From NCBI GenBank assembly GCA_012295275.1, contig CM022673.1:24800001-24864000 (forward strand): 64,000 nucleotides of DNA, read 5' to 3'. Under the pieces are notes generated by a model. The model saw only the letters and a list, made by a program, of their open reading frames with translations, ran no database searches and was not told where the DNA came from. Position numbers and translations under genes: made by a program. The stretch comes from Chrysomallon squamiferum (taxonomy: Eukaryota; Animalia; Mollusca). Positions within the stretch are counted from its first letter, which is position 1. Each line of letters starts with the position of its first letter. Positions 49,878 to 63,499 of this stretch are shown one piece after another.

Positions 49878-51183
49878 TATTTTCCAGTCGATGATGTTTA
49901 CAAATAAATAAGCATCATCTGTCATTTGTATCATCATACATTCACATTAGTTATTGAAATTAAATCATATACTTTCTATAAACATATAATAAATCTCAGT
50001 ACTTTATAAAATGATAAAAATAACAAGACTGATCTAAAAAAAACGCCCTTCTGATTCTTTTGTCAGTGAATTAATATTAAGCAGTATGTCACAGGTATCT
50101 GTATCCACCAAAGACAGGAATCTGTCCAGGTAAGGTTGACAAAGCAAACACTAGGCAGCTGGTAACCAAGCATAAACCAGATATTCATACCCAGTACCAA
50201 GCATTTGTGTTATTCGAGTTGTCTGAATTGCTGATAAGCAAAATACCTACTGTACAATATTGACACAGTCATCCATTTTTTTTTCACTACGGTAATCCCA
50301 AATGTATACATATTTACATATCCAGTTATTTCTTTTTTTTATATATATAAAATAATATAAAAATGTCTTTAATGACCAACATCAGTGTTCTGCTTTAGCC
50401 TGTTGTACTGTACTGAAAACTGTTTTACCACTGTTTAGTTAAATACAAAAAAAAAATCATCATCAAGTTCAAGTTTTTTTGTTTGTTTCCCCCCTGTATA
50501 CATTTTAAACAATAACAACAATTTAATAATTAAATAAAATAAAGAAAATATTGCTGTTTTTGCATTTCTGAAAGATACAGTGCTATCCTCACTTTTTCAT
50601 TTTTCTAAAGTTTTAAAAAGATGGTGTTTTTTATCAGGTATAAATCATAATCTATATGTGCTGTGAATATGCTGTATTTGGGCGTTTTCTACTAAAGTAA
50701 ATTTTAACTCAGATTCAGATAAAGTTGGTCACTGTGATCTACTAAAATCATCTACAGTTCAGGTTTCTGACAGTATCACACTGTTATCTCATGCTGATAT
50801 CTGATGACTTGTAATAATGTCATCTTAAGAACAGTTTTTTTTTTTTTAACTGTAGTTAATTAATTTAACTATTTCCTGAATCATATTATTTAAGTAATTT
50901 AATCCTCTATATAAGTGGTAACTCAGTATTTTAAACATTTCTGAAATTATTTATGTCATTTATTTTTAAAATGAATATTCTTATGCTGGTTTATGGAATT
51001 TGAAAAACACCTTTAGAAGTTACTTGTATATTGATCTAATAACAATAATAAACTTTGTTACTATCAATTTAGATAAATGATAAACACAGAGCCAAAACAA
51101 TCAATATAGAAATTTGCTCAAGATATGAGTGACAAGTTATATATTTATCTCTGTGTAAGTGTGTGTTTGTGAGTGTGTGTTTG

Positions 51184-51227
<44 letters not shown>

Positions 51228-51661
51228 GAACATGACAGCAAAGATGTCTGCATCTTCCTAACTTTTTAAATTCACCTAAATGATACACCTTTATCCCAAT
51301 CAATGCAAACATGTACATGCATATTCAGACAAACAATATTTAATTCAGGAACATGTCAATTTATGTCCATTTTGTTAATCTACATAACATCAACAGAGAC
51401 ATCTGCTGACAAAGGTATTAATTTACATAAATAACAAATGTATTAAACAACACACAGCTTTATGAATTTTGCATATGGTTTTCTATTTCACTATAGGATT
51501 AATTTTTCAACGCCTTCAATTAGCTGTCTGAATGTAAATAATAAAATTGTTTGTAATGAAAAAAGATCTACCTTTTTTTTTAAATAATTTTTTTTACACT
51601 CTGGATATTTGTACGTGCAAGCAACAAAGTAAAAAAAATTTTTTTTTTCAGTTCAAGATTA

Positions 51662-51705
<44 letters not shown>

Positions 51706-54700
51706 ACATTTGCTAGAACAGTCACTAATTAAGACAAACAAATTGCTTTTCTTTCAAAGTATTCTCAGAATTCACCTGTCATCATTACTGTATAATACAT
51801 AGTTATGTATTACACAAGTGAATGCAAAGACATTATTTACCAGATGATTAAGTTTGACAAAAACCGTCATCAAAGAAACAAACCAATCACTAATCATAAT
51901 TCTCTGTCAAATTAATTAAGAGTTCATTTCGTAATGTGTTCTATCAATGACATATCAAAGAATATTTAGCGATTACATAAACTTAACAGGATTAACATGG
52001 AGCTGCTGTATTGCATAATCATCATTTTTCCCCAGCTGTATAATTAGTTGAATCTATATTTAACATTCAAAATCATTAAACATCAAGTCATATCAAACCA
52101 ATTCAATCAAAAACACGCTTTACAAATAAAATGGTAAAAGATGCTTTTATATACATATTTTCCATAAAATATTTAGGATATAATTGTCCTTAAGTTGAAA
52201 TTAAAAGAAATTTTTAAAAATAAAAGAATATAAATTATAGCTTGCTTGTTTTTCCTTCTTTTATTGAATATCAAGTGTTTAATTCAAAAATATAAATTAC
52301 TAGATAAAGCTGTAAAGAAAATTTAAAAAAAACAAAATTCGATAGCATCATATGCCAAGTATACAGATTTCTTGCCAGTTATCTTAAGGAAAAAAAAGAA
52401 GGAAATATTTCAAAGCAATAATAATTAAAATGTCAAAAGAAATTTGTTTAAATAAATAACTGCCTAACAATTTAAATACACTGGCATATATTTGCTTTTG
52501 GCATGCATGTTACATTTTTTTCTATGCATTTGTTTAAATATAGAAGTTTATTCATAACCCAAGTATTAATACCTGTAGGACATGGTAACATTAAGGTCAT
52601 AGTGTCCTGTGACAGACAAGTACAATAACACCAGACATTCAGTACGATATGTCAGATATCTTGAGGATAAAATTAATACTACGACAGTTGTTTTTAAGAA
52701 ATGACCCAATAAAAAAGGATTAAAATTCTTATGATCATCATAAACACAACAATACAGTATTAAACATTTATATTATCCACACACACAACAGTAATCCTTA
52801 AGCCCTGTATTTGAACTTGAGAAATCAATTTTAAAAAGTAATTCTAGAGTAATTTACACTCTAATAAACATTCGTGCATGTGCTTTTTAACAGGTGATCG
52901 AACTACAAATACTGTGTGTCAGATCAAAGGCTGGTCAATGCTGTAATTAATGTCAATGACATCTGAAAACCTCAACTGATTAAAATGTAATTTATGGAGC
53001 AATTAAATCATTAACAGACTGAGATGTAATTACAAGAGTTTGACAACTTAACAACCTAGGTTACAAGAAAAAAAAACAGCTTCTTAAAAACAATTCAGAC
53101 TAGATTTATTTCTTCTAATGATACCTCAGAGCAAAGTTATATCAGCTTTCAGCTTTCTTACTGAGGTAAATATAGGAAGAAGTCAATAAATCTGTTTGAA
53201 GTATGTGTTTTAGCAAAAATCAATGTTAGTGTTATTAAATTAGAATAAAGATCTACGCATTTAACATATATGTAACATTGTTTTATTTATTTATTTATTT
53301 ATTTTATTATTATTATTATTAAGTAAATGACAGGAAGAAAAATAAAACTTCAAATCTGTAATCTAATACAGAAACAAGTATAACTAACAAAGTTGCCAAG
53401 AATATAATATGTTATGACAAAAAATGCAAGACACATTATTTTGTCAGACTTTTGCAATGATAAATTCAAGTCAGAGTAAATAAATCAAAATAACCTACTT
53501 GAAGTTGAAAGTTTTTATTTATGATGCAATTCTCAGCATGCTGAACAAAACCATATCAGCATCTCCAACAGTGATATTACATCAACACAGAAACTACAGC
53601 TAGTGAAAAATGAATATGGAAAAAAAACACAAAAAATAAAAAACCATCACAGAAATAAATAAAATAATACCAAGAGCTGGGAAGTAATTATTACAGCACA
53701 CCAGATGCATTGTTAAACATTCTCCATTTAAAAATGGCTTCCGCCCAAGAGTCAAAAACTTCTCAATCTTTACAGGACTGGTGTGCTAATTTTTTTCAGC
53801 ACATGCAAAAATGGGCCAAGAACTTTCGATTGTTTAGAGAGGCCAACGAGAATCCTGAACAATATTGACAAGAAACTAAGATGGTGAATTTTGTTGTTTG
53901 CAAACAGCTTTCTGTACATGATAACGCGTGCTAGCACAAGACCACAATCCAGCCTGGAAGACCAGAGGCATTCGCTTTGAAAACCTCTTTCAAAGAACGT
54001 GAAATAGCCTGGGGGCGGTTTCACAGCATTATAGGACAATATTTAATACAGAAGAAAACAGTCTGTGTTTAGAAAGAAATATCTTTTGTTTGAAAAAATA
54101 AGCATGTATATAGTGACGGGTAAAGGTTGAGGTGCTGTATTCCACGATGACCAAGTCGCAACTGTTGAACAAAGAATTTGAAACTGACACCTTACTAAAT
54201 TCTGGACAAGAATCTTAGTCATTGTCAAACAACACAACCAACTTTATCCATTCTTTAATCAGAAGTTAACATCTAACCTGTAGGCTTTGTCTCCTTTTAT
54301 TTGTCTTCATATAAACATGATTTTTGTTTTTGTTTTTTTCAAATTCTATAAAATACAATTTTCAAATAAATATAAAACTAGAATATTTTTTTCTGTAACT
54401 AATCCTGTATGTCAATTTTACATGGTTTTAATATGCACTGTTTTTGTTCAGCTGTTTGTGTAACATTCAAATAAAAAGATTTCTAAATGAAGCCTATACT
54501 TTATATTTTGGATCAAGGAATTTCAACCACAAATTATAAATTAAATTAAAGCAGAAAAAAACCCCAACAGATACAAATCAAAATGAACTGAAATTAGCTG
54601 TTAAAAAGATACAAGTCAAAATGAACTGAATACAAGTCAAAATTGACTGAAATCAGCTGCATTGTTAATCTGGTAACAGCAGTGGATGGAATCCTAGAAG

Positions 54701-57700
54701 TAGTAGTTTTTCTTTTAATGCAGTCAAACAATACAATCAAATCAGTGGTAGTATGTTAAACAAATATTCATTCTTTCATTTACTGCCATCATCTGTTTGT
54801 CATTCTTTTCAAGCCAATTCTATTACAAAGTAGCCAAAATAAAGTCAAACTATTTATTTAACAGAGCTGTATGCTGTACAGGAGCCTCCCAGTTAAAGTC
54901 CAGTCTAAATATCTACCCAGAAACACCCATCAACTGTTACAGTTTGACCTTAGGTCAGTGTGTGACTTCATAAACAAATGATACAAAAAATACTGATCTT
55001 ACATATTTATCAGAATACATTCCTATTGAACTTGCACCCTGTTTCAATTAACCTTGACACTTCAGTCAACACTTCAGAAACACATGATAGAGAAAAATAA
55101 TGTTGTTTTGAAAGTATTTGTGATTCAAAGGATAAAAACTGTATGTATACATTTAAGGACTTTGTACAAAATCTTCATCTGACAAAGTATTTAACAAAGA
55201 TTATAAAATATGCATTAAAATTATAATTTCAGAAGCAAATTGTATTTTGAGTTGTGATTACCTACAGCAACATATAAATAAATTCTAAAAACTGATTTAA
55301 AGTACTTTTTAAATCTATTGTTCAAAATAACAAATAAACAAGCCGTAACCTAATTTTCTTTATGAAGAATTTCAAACCAACAAATAAATAAGGACAACTT
55401 TTTAAGATTATTAAACTTTTAGATTCAGAAGTTTTCTTTTTTCTTTCTCCTCACAAATGACATCATCTTCTTTTAACAGAGCAGGTGAAGTTTAATATGT
55501 CCCAAATACTTCCCTGTTATAGTATTCTTCCTTTTTAATGTCTTTCACTATATTGTCATTTTGGACCAGAGCCAGGAAATGTCTTAGCTTTTTGTATAAA
55601 ATCAATGATTTGAAAAATCTGCATGGGAAAACTTCCTAATACAACAAATAATGATAATCTAGACTGACATTTTTATGTCGTTACAAAAATGAAATAACTG
55701 AAATCACACTTGCTTACCAACAGATAAAGCAATATTTTAATGATGACACAACCACTTGTTTGTTGACAAAAGCATTTAGATGTGTAAATTTGTAAAAAAA
55801 AAGGAAAAGAAATGATCAACTGAAATTTGCTCAATAAACAGATCTGTGAGACCTGTGAGATCTGCAATGGCAGAAAAACAACAAAATAAAACAAGTATTG
55901 CCAAATAAAAACCACATAAAAATATTAACTAAATTAGTAAATATATATAAAATTCTGTTTTTCGTTTTTCTTACAAAATCATTAACTCACACTAATATAG
56001 TTATTAATTTTCTATCATTTTTTGCAATAAAACACTTGTTAAAGTAGTTCAAGTATGTATTAAAATCACTTGAGCACAAACTTATTGTTATACAGTGAGT
56101 CACTTTTTCCCACATGAAGACAGTGCAGTGAGACACAAGTAGGAAACAAAATGAGTTTTTAAACTCTTTAATCAAAACGTCTGCACATCTTTGTATTTTA
56201 CATCAATTTTCTCCAGATAATGCAAAACCGACAACCTACTTTATACATTACTTAGCCTATGTACTTTGAAAATGGGCAGTAGTGTATGAAAAAAATAAAA
56301 ATCACTGAAGCCTATCAAACCAAAGTGACATGCTTCAATGGAGGTAGCTGAAAAAAACACAACTGGTTTTGAATATGGTAAAAGAAAAAACCCAACCCAG
56401 TGACACAAAGTCGCTATACAAAATACAGGTAAAAGTGTCACACTTCAAACTATTTAACACGTGTAGCTGGCAGTGTTCCCCAAACTGGCTACATTTTGTA
56501 TGAGTACAAGTGTGAATCACTGAGATTTCAATCTGACTGTGTGTGATAATCATGTGAGATGATTTTCTCATATTACACATCACCACCACTGCAAGCATGT
56601 TCATCATAATTAATCTGTTGTGTTGTGTTTAATTAGAGTAACTGATTACTGGGTGGCAAAAAATCAACATTCTTTCTAATTGAATTAGTCATTTTAATAA
56701 TCAGTTGTGACAAACCACACATGTATTTTACACCAATGACATGACGAGAAAGACAGAAATTTATGAAACAAGAACTGTAAATCTCTATTACTTACAGCAA
56801 ATTTACAAAATGTTACCATATGTTCATTAATGTAATCAGATGAATGGATTGTCATTTCCAGTATTAAAATTCAAAAATAAAAAGTTCTGAAATATTTTGA
56901 GTAAAACAAAATAAAATTGTCTCTCAAAATATAATGATTATTGATTAAAAAAAATTGTATCAGTTAAGGGACATATTATTTCATCAAACCATTTTCATTA
57001 AAAATAAGTCAAAATTAAAAATACATTTAAAATAACGTATTTTAAAACAGCATAAACAAAAATATTGATTAAAACTATCCTAATGTTTCATGAATTGAGT
57101 CGGTTAATAATTTTAAGCATTTATTTGTCCTTTTCCGTAACTCTTTCAGTCAGAAATAAAACTGTCACAATAAAACTGACACAGACAGTTGATCTACAGA
57201 AACAAATGCACTATGACCTTCCATTCTGTAAAATTAAACAGCATTTACAAATACCTGCTTGTAAATAATCAAAGCTGTTGATAATATTTTTCTGTGACTG
57301 GGAAAGATTTGCAACATGCTCACATATTCAGAGTCTTTATTCAGCCCAAATTAACTGTCAGTGATTGAAGAGAAAGGTCAGGTGAATTGTCAAAGTTTTA
57401 ACTTCTGAATTTATCTCAGGGTTCGGTGCTATGATAACTGATACAGTACTGCGCACAGTATTTTCATTCATATACTCCAAATTATATATAATGGTCAGAA
57501 ATAATAAAACTATTGACAAAAAGAGACAATATTAACCCTGGCTGCTTGTGTGTCTTTACAAAAACTGTTTTATAAACAAATGTACCCAGTGCTGTCTCAC
57601 TTTGTGTACTTCTCAGATGCTATATGTTAAAAACTTCAAACTCAGCTTTAATAAGATACTTTTTCATGTAAAATGAATCTGACCAGCCAGCTATGTAACT

Positions 57701-60700
57701 GAATTTTGAAAAATAAGTAATTTAATTTTAAAGAAATTATTATACATATGCAAGCTATATAAATAATTTTGGGTTTTTTTTGTTGTTGTTGTTTTTTGTT
57801 CATACCAAAGATGAAAACCCATAATGAATAGGCAGCTGGCATTTTGTACTGTGTGTGTGTGCAACTGTAAAACAATAATTAATTACACTGATTCTACTAA
57901 TCAGTGTCAATGAATATTGACAAATGCTATGCAAACAGAATTTCCAGTTGCTGCAGTTGGTTTGAAATTGTTCTTGTTCACTTTCAAGTGTTAGTCAGTT
58001 TCAGAGTGGTAAGGGCATTCATGGCTTTTATTATTTCTAAACAACAACACAAAAAAAAAAATTCCAGTTCTGGAAACTGGGATGTTCATATTTTTATCTG
58101 GATTTTAATATGGTTAAAATAATGAGAATGTCAATAATGAAGCAAAATAAAGAGATGAAAATTTCAGCCGTATAACAGTTAACACAATTTTGTGAAATAA
58201 ATAAATCTTTCAGAAAAACCATAAAAATCTTTACTAACATGAACATTTTTTTTTCTTTTTTCATAAAAACTTCATTCCCAATATACCATTAACAAAATGT
58301 ATATTCTCTTCAAACACATTTTTTTTTTTTTTTTTTTTTTTTTTTCCTTTTTTATGTTACATTCATTAACAAAAGAAGAATCAGTAACAAGAATCCAGTT
58401 GACACATAGCACATAACATGAGCAGCAACTCAAAAGTTGTTAAGGTATTTCTTTTTTTCTTCTTTCCCCCCCCCCCCAAGTGCATACATAAAGTTTTGTA
58501 AACACATACTCTAAATCTGCAGCAGTGAGTATGTATGCGCACAGGCAAAGGGGTTATTAACATATGAGTAGGGCTCTGCTGTGTGCGACACAGATGACAG
58601 GAGATATTAACAGGTTAACCTACAACAGTATGTGTACCAGGTTGCTGTTTCAAACAGCCAGACATAACTGTGTGGATGATGGATCAGGTCATTGTTACAA
58701 TGACTCAGTACAATTTTCTCATACAGTTTTTGTCTAAGACAGGGAAAGAACGTTTAGTAAAACACAGACATGTTGTTTAATGTATCTGCCGTATAAAAAT
58801 GATGTATTTTCAATGCAGAAGAGTAATGTTGTTTTTTTTACATCAAAAGCCATAACCTATAGGAAACAGTATCTCCAGTTTTTAAATAGTGGAGGTTGTT
58901 AAGTGGAAAATTAATGAAGGATTCCTGCCTTCTGTTCTCAAAATATTGTTATAACCATAGTTCAAATTTATCACATCTACATATGTTGTTTTAGTTGTTG
59001 ACCATTGTATTAATTAAACTTATGATTTTTTTTTGTTTATTTGTATGTTTTAATTTTATTTATTTATTTTAATTAATTTTTTTATTATTATTATTTTTTT
59101 GTTTTAATTTATCTTTTTAACTGGAAGCTGGGTTTTTTCTCTTTCTTTTATTTAAAAATGAATTTGTGATTATTTCTGATTCACTGTAGCATAAAATTGC
59201 AACAGGAAAATGTACGTATGTGTGTGTATCTACAATTATACATACATGGTACATACATACATACATACACAAACATTTTTTTTTTAAGCACTGATTTCAT
59301 ACATAAATATTCTTACAAATGCATGACAAAGTAAACACCATTTTATTGCAGGCTGGTAATTCAGCTTTGTAAGATTTACATGTACCTCAAATATTAAAAG
59401 AAGACTGTCTGCATATATTAAATGTGTTTAAACGTTTGGTCACATGCCCTAGGAACATTAGCAATTCAATACAACTTGTTGAGAGATTTTATTACTGCTT
59501 TACGTTATTCTGCAACCTACACATTATGTAAATTTTTGACAGATTTATCTTTAACCTGACAGATGATTTTAATTTTCTTTTATCTTATTTCATTGTTTTT
59601 TAATTTTGCTCTTTTTTTTTCATAAATTCATTTTATTATAATTTAAAAATAATTTCTTTCAAAAAGAAGTAGAAGAGTTGTATGAACAAATTACCATATT
59701 TAAAATATATTATAAACTGGCAATGCAAAAGAATTATTTCAAATTTTCTTACACTTTTCTGTCATTTTATTTAGTGCTGACCCAATATGTGCAATAAGAA
59801 TCATTCACTCATATGTTTTTTAATAACAGTAAACAGCAATGAGATCTGTGTTCACATTTGCTTATTTTATTCAGACTTTTCCAGTTAGAAAAAAATATCT
59901 AGAAAAGATTATGAAGTTAATTCTGACTCCTAATTTCAAATAGTTATACATATAACCAACATGCTGTATGGAGTGTACAAGACAAACATTGGTTAATGAT
60001 AGCATTATGCTTACATAATCAAACACTCCTTTCCCACTGGAGAAAAGGTGCATATCAAAGTTAAATGTCAGATTCCACCTTTGGTAAATTATCCCCCAGA
60101 AAACAAACTTATAAATTTCATCTGCCAAATCATTTTTATTACTAGATTAGTTATCAAGCAAATTAATTCACTAGACTGCTTATATTACTGCAAACAGCAT
60201 TCTCAGTTTTCCTACCATTGTTACACAATAAAGCAGGAAAGGGACTATTCATCAACTTAAATGTTTACAAACACGCACTAAAAATTTTTTAATTTTTTTT
60301 TTTAATCAAATATTTTAGGTTGTGACCCAAATCACATGTTTCTAGTAAAGTTGGAAGCAAGTTAGTAATTAAATATATTGAGGAAACATACCCAACAAAA
60401 AGACTATAATAATATATAAACACACACACAGCTTGTTTTATCATCCATATTTTTAACCTATTTAACTATCCTTAAAAGAAGAACAACCAAAAGTTACAAA
60501 GAAAATACATTGTTGTGTGCCTGGCGTATAGGGGCCTACATTTAACAATACTGCTGGTTTTTATTTCTCTGCTGCTTGGGATAGGTTCTAGAAACATTCT
60601 TACTTCACACAGGTGATAAACAAGCCCAGGCAGATCCTGTTATCAAGTAATTTATGAACGGTTTTCTGTGAGATAACAGAGGAACAACCAGCTGTCACAC

Positions 60701-62227
60701 AGAGGTCACCCAAATGTTCACCTGTATTTCTTAACTCACTGTTCTTCTGTCCAACACACATATACACTAAATGAATGTCCACTGTAAACTACTGGCAATA
60801 AACACACGCCGAAACTTATTCATAAATAATGGACTTTCCCTTCTTATTTTGTGGGTGCATTTATTTATTTCACGATGATTATTATTTTTTGAATTAAATT
60901 CAAATACACGAACATTTATTGTTACACAACAGTGTCTTACTTACTGATACACTAATTAATTTTATAATCATACAGTTTATTTCAGAAATTATCTGAGTTT
61001 ACAAGTTGGAACAATTTAGAAAGATACTCAAGCAAATTAATTTGTATCCAATATAAAAATCATAAAGAAAATAAGATTTATTTTTTAATTATCTTTATGA
61101 TTTAATAATTTGTTTTTGCTTCTTGTGTCTGAATTTATTTTTGTCTTTGCTATTTATTAATTATTATTATTATTTTTACAATTTGTTTTATTTCCTTATT
61201 TGTTTTTTATTTTTTTATTTTGTGTGTGTGTGTGAGTTTGAAACAGATTTGGAATCTTTTCCAATAATAAAATTAATTTCTCAGTTATGGCTTTGTTACC
61301 AATTATAACTGCACAAACTGTTAAATTATTAGTATGCACGGCAACCTGTAATGATATATTCATTTTTTTTTTTTTTAAAGTTGATAATCTATTAAGATAT
61401 CTATGACAGCAGTAACAAATTACAAGTGAATATATATTATGGTATTAAATCGATTTGGGGGTATTTTCTATTTGATAAAATATAAGGAAGAAATATATTA
61501 AATTAACTAAATGTAAACTTTATAATGAGTGTGTGTGCAGATGTGGTGTGTGTTACATCTAAATTTTAAAATCAGACTGATTATTTTAACACAAATGATT
61601 AAATATAATTTAACTGGCAGATATTGACATACCTGTCAACAATTAATTAAATAACGTATTGACATAAGAACGTAATTTGTAAAGAAATCATTCAATAAAG
61701 TTTAAACGAAATAAAAACAAATATATTTGCTATTTTCTTAAATCTCAAATTTGAACAGACGGTGTCACTATCGAGAATGCAAATTACATTTATTTATTTG
61801 TTATTTAACTCAATTTTCATGTCAGCAGACGACGTAAACAGTTACCTTCGACTTTTGCTTCACGATCCGGTGTAACGATGTACACAACTTCTTCCAAATC
61901 ACCCTTTATAACTTTCTTCTCGGCCTTGTAGTGTTGATCAGTTTCTGGATCGACGACAAGCATTCGTACCTCTTCCCCAGCGGCCTTGATCCTCCCTACT
62001 ACCTGTTGATGATTCTCGTTACCTATGTTAGTTCCTTCAACCTCCACGATACGGTCCCCAGGTTTGAGGCCCGCCGCGGCAGCCGGAGAGTTGTCATCAA
62101 CTTTACCGATGTATTGTCCAGCTTTGCCCTTTTCTGCGTGCAAATTGAAGCCATAACCATTAAAATCGGGCCATTTTTTCACGTGACAAAGCCTGGGTTT
62201 GAGAGTTGCGTCTACGCCGTTGCTCAT
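31605..62227 (-). CDS. NHERF1: Na+/H+ exchanger regulatory factor (NHERF1/EBP50/Sip1-like) two-PDZ scaffold with C-terminal ERM-binding motif, ~525 aa
   Basis: Exons 62227-61846, 47544-47035, 45129-45034, 40802-40740, 36934-36743, 36028-35930, 32433-32396 and 31802-31605 join in frame (1578 nt). Two NHERF-type PDZ domains (RLCH...GYGFNLHAE...GQ.IG...SPA...GDRIVEV...HQ.V...LV.DPE). The C-terminus [34 protein letters not shown] resembles the EBP50 ERM-binding tail (human ...MDWSKKNELFSNL). Orthology to NHERF1 rather than NHERF2 is not resolved. Confidence 0.88.
32396..32433 (-). CDS. NHERF1: NHERF exon 7 (phase 1-0 micro-exon)
   Basis: catttcag| [13 protein letters not shown] |gtaagt; supplies the phase change needed to reach the last exon. 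Confidence 0.8.
35930..36028 (-). CDS. NHERF1: NHERF exon 6 (acidic E/P linker), phase 1-1, NAGNAG acceptor
   Basis: tttacag|CAG; [34 protein letters not shown]|gtaac; 99 nt. Confidence 0.8.
36743..36934 (-). CDS. NHERF1: NHERF exon 5 (acidic E/P linker), phase 1-1
   Basis: [28 protein letters not shown]...TESSPPE G|gtaaa; 192 nt. Confidence 0.8.
40740..40802 (-). CDS. NHERF1: NHERF exon 4 (acidic linker), phase 1-1
   Basis: tttcag| [22 protein letters not shown]|gtaaa; 63 nt. Confidence 0.72.
44441..44566. repeat. 31-bp minisatellite (4 copies), NHERF intron
   Basis: gttgttaaatttattattagtcaagtttggt; gtcaag at 44461, 44492, 44523, 44554. Confidence 0.88.
45034..45129 (-). CDS. NHERF1: NHERF exon 3 (acidic linker), phase 1-1; acceptor ambiguous (start 45129, 45120 or 45117)
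   Basis: (ELA)[30 protein letters not shown]|gtaaa; all three candidate AGs are in frame. Confidence 0.72.
47035..47544 (-). CDS. NHERF1: NHERF exon 2 (PE-repeat linker + PDZ2), phase 1-1
   Basis: DPIQEEHH...[11 protein letters not shown]...[22 protein letters not shown]...SRKTG G|gtgag; 510 nt. Confidence 0.92.
53734..54283 (+). pseudogene. Decayed ORF fragment, possibly a DNA-transposon relic, in NHERF intron 1 (opposite strand)
   Basis: GC/CpG-richer island starting aaaATGGCTTCC. It reads [97 protein letters not shown], then after an interruption [30 protein letters not shown]. Confidence 0.4.
61846..62227 (-). CDS. NHERF1: NHERF coding exon 1 (PDZ1)
   Basis: aaaATGA start; [41 protein letters not shown]...REAKVE G|gtaact. 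Confidence 0.92.
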
Positions 62228-62460
62228 TTTTTCGATAAACAGAAACTTTGAAGAAGTTGGAGAAAAAGATGGGAGGGGTCGTACGGAACACCTGTCTCCG
62301 CCGTAAGCCAAAACTCCAATATGGCTGCACACAAAGTCACATGATGTCAACATCCAATCAATATAGGTCACGTGCGACTTCCCGAACTCTTGAATGAAGC
62401 TAAAATTACGCACAGCATATGGAATTCGCATCCGATGTTTAACAGCACTTCCTAAACTCT
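62228..62460 (-). promoter_or_regulatory. Putative NHERF proximal promoter / 5' UTR
   Basis: CpG-retaining segment upstream of the ATG. CCAAT boxes at 62316-62320 and 62354-62358; E-boxes GTCACATGA 62336-62344 and GGTCACGTG 62366-62374. Confidence 0.6.
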
Positions 62461-63457
62461 TAGTTGCTCAAAGGATTACGTAAGATAAAGAGAAAGACAA
62501 CAAACGACAACAAGCAGGTGTATTAAAGCTTTTTACCACTACAGAGGAGAGAAAAAGTGTGAAATAGTGTAATGATGAAAATCAACATTATTTGCATGTA
62601 AAGGAGGAAGTTAATTATTAGTATTATATTATATATAAACGGAATAATATATATATATTAAATAGTAGTAGTAAAATCGGTCATAAGAAATAGTCAACAA
62701 CGATCACAGAAAACAATTTGTTGTTTTGCGTCAACAAAGTTGTAAAATAAATAAATAAATATTATGAACAATAATACGTATTAAACTGTTATTATACATA
62801 CTCAGTGATTTTTCAAAACCAGTTTTCAAAACGTCTAATATAACTACAACTGTTTATATAACTGTTTATGGATGGATCTGAGCAATATGATCACAAGAAT
62901 TGTATGAAAATAATTATTTATCTCTTACTTCATCAGACAAGTCATTTCCATCAAATATATCAATAATCAATAAGAACTGACATAAAAAAAATATATTATT
63001 ACAGCGTTCCGTTATTCTTATTTCCATTTATAAGAAGACTATGACACTCACTCATATCAGACTGTATTTTATTTACAATGACATTTATGACATGGAATCT
63101 GCATGGCTTGTATTCATCTTTCTGTCAGACACAATAGTCTTCATTCAAACTACAAAAACGTAAAGTCATTTTAAATTCAAATTATTATTTATCAGTTCAT
63201 TTTCTTATGCACACGAATGGTAAAATAGCAACATTCTTTTCTTCATAAAAATAAAAACTATTAGTATTTGAAAAACTACGATGGATAGAGAGATAGAGAT
63301 AATTATTTATTATTATTATTATTATTATTAGTTTTATGTTTTTATTATTTTTATTTTTTCTAACCGATTAGCATTCAAAATCAGTCTAAACATTAAAATG
63401 AATCAATCTAAATTAATAATCACATAATGTATTCAAATTGGAAATATTTATTTTAGT

Positions 63458-63499
<42 letters not shown>

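Noticed and set aside
61931-62251. Antisense ORFs over real exons (also 3323..3586, 47015..47575, 36765..36983, 35862..36111)
   Set aside because: They are shadows of opposite-strand coding exons with no independent protein features.
62228-62431. 68-aa N-terminal extension of NHERF suggested by ORF 61817..62431
   Set aside because: It overlaps promoter-type motifs (CCAAT, E-boxes) and has no family resemblance. The ATG at 62227 has good context and gives the short pre-PDZ leader typical of NHERF.
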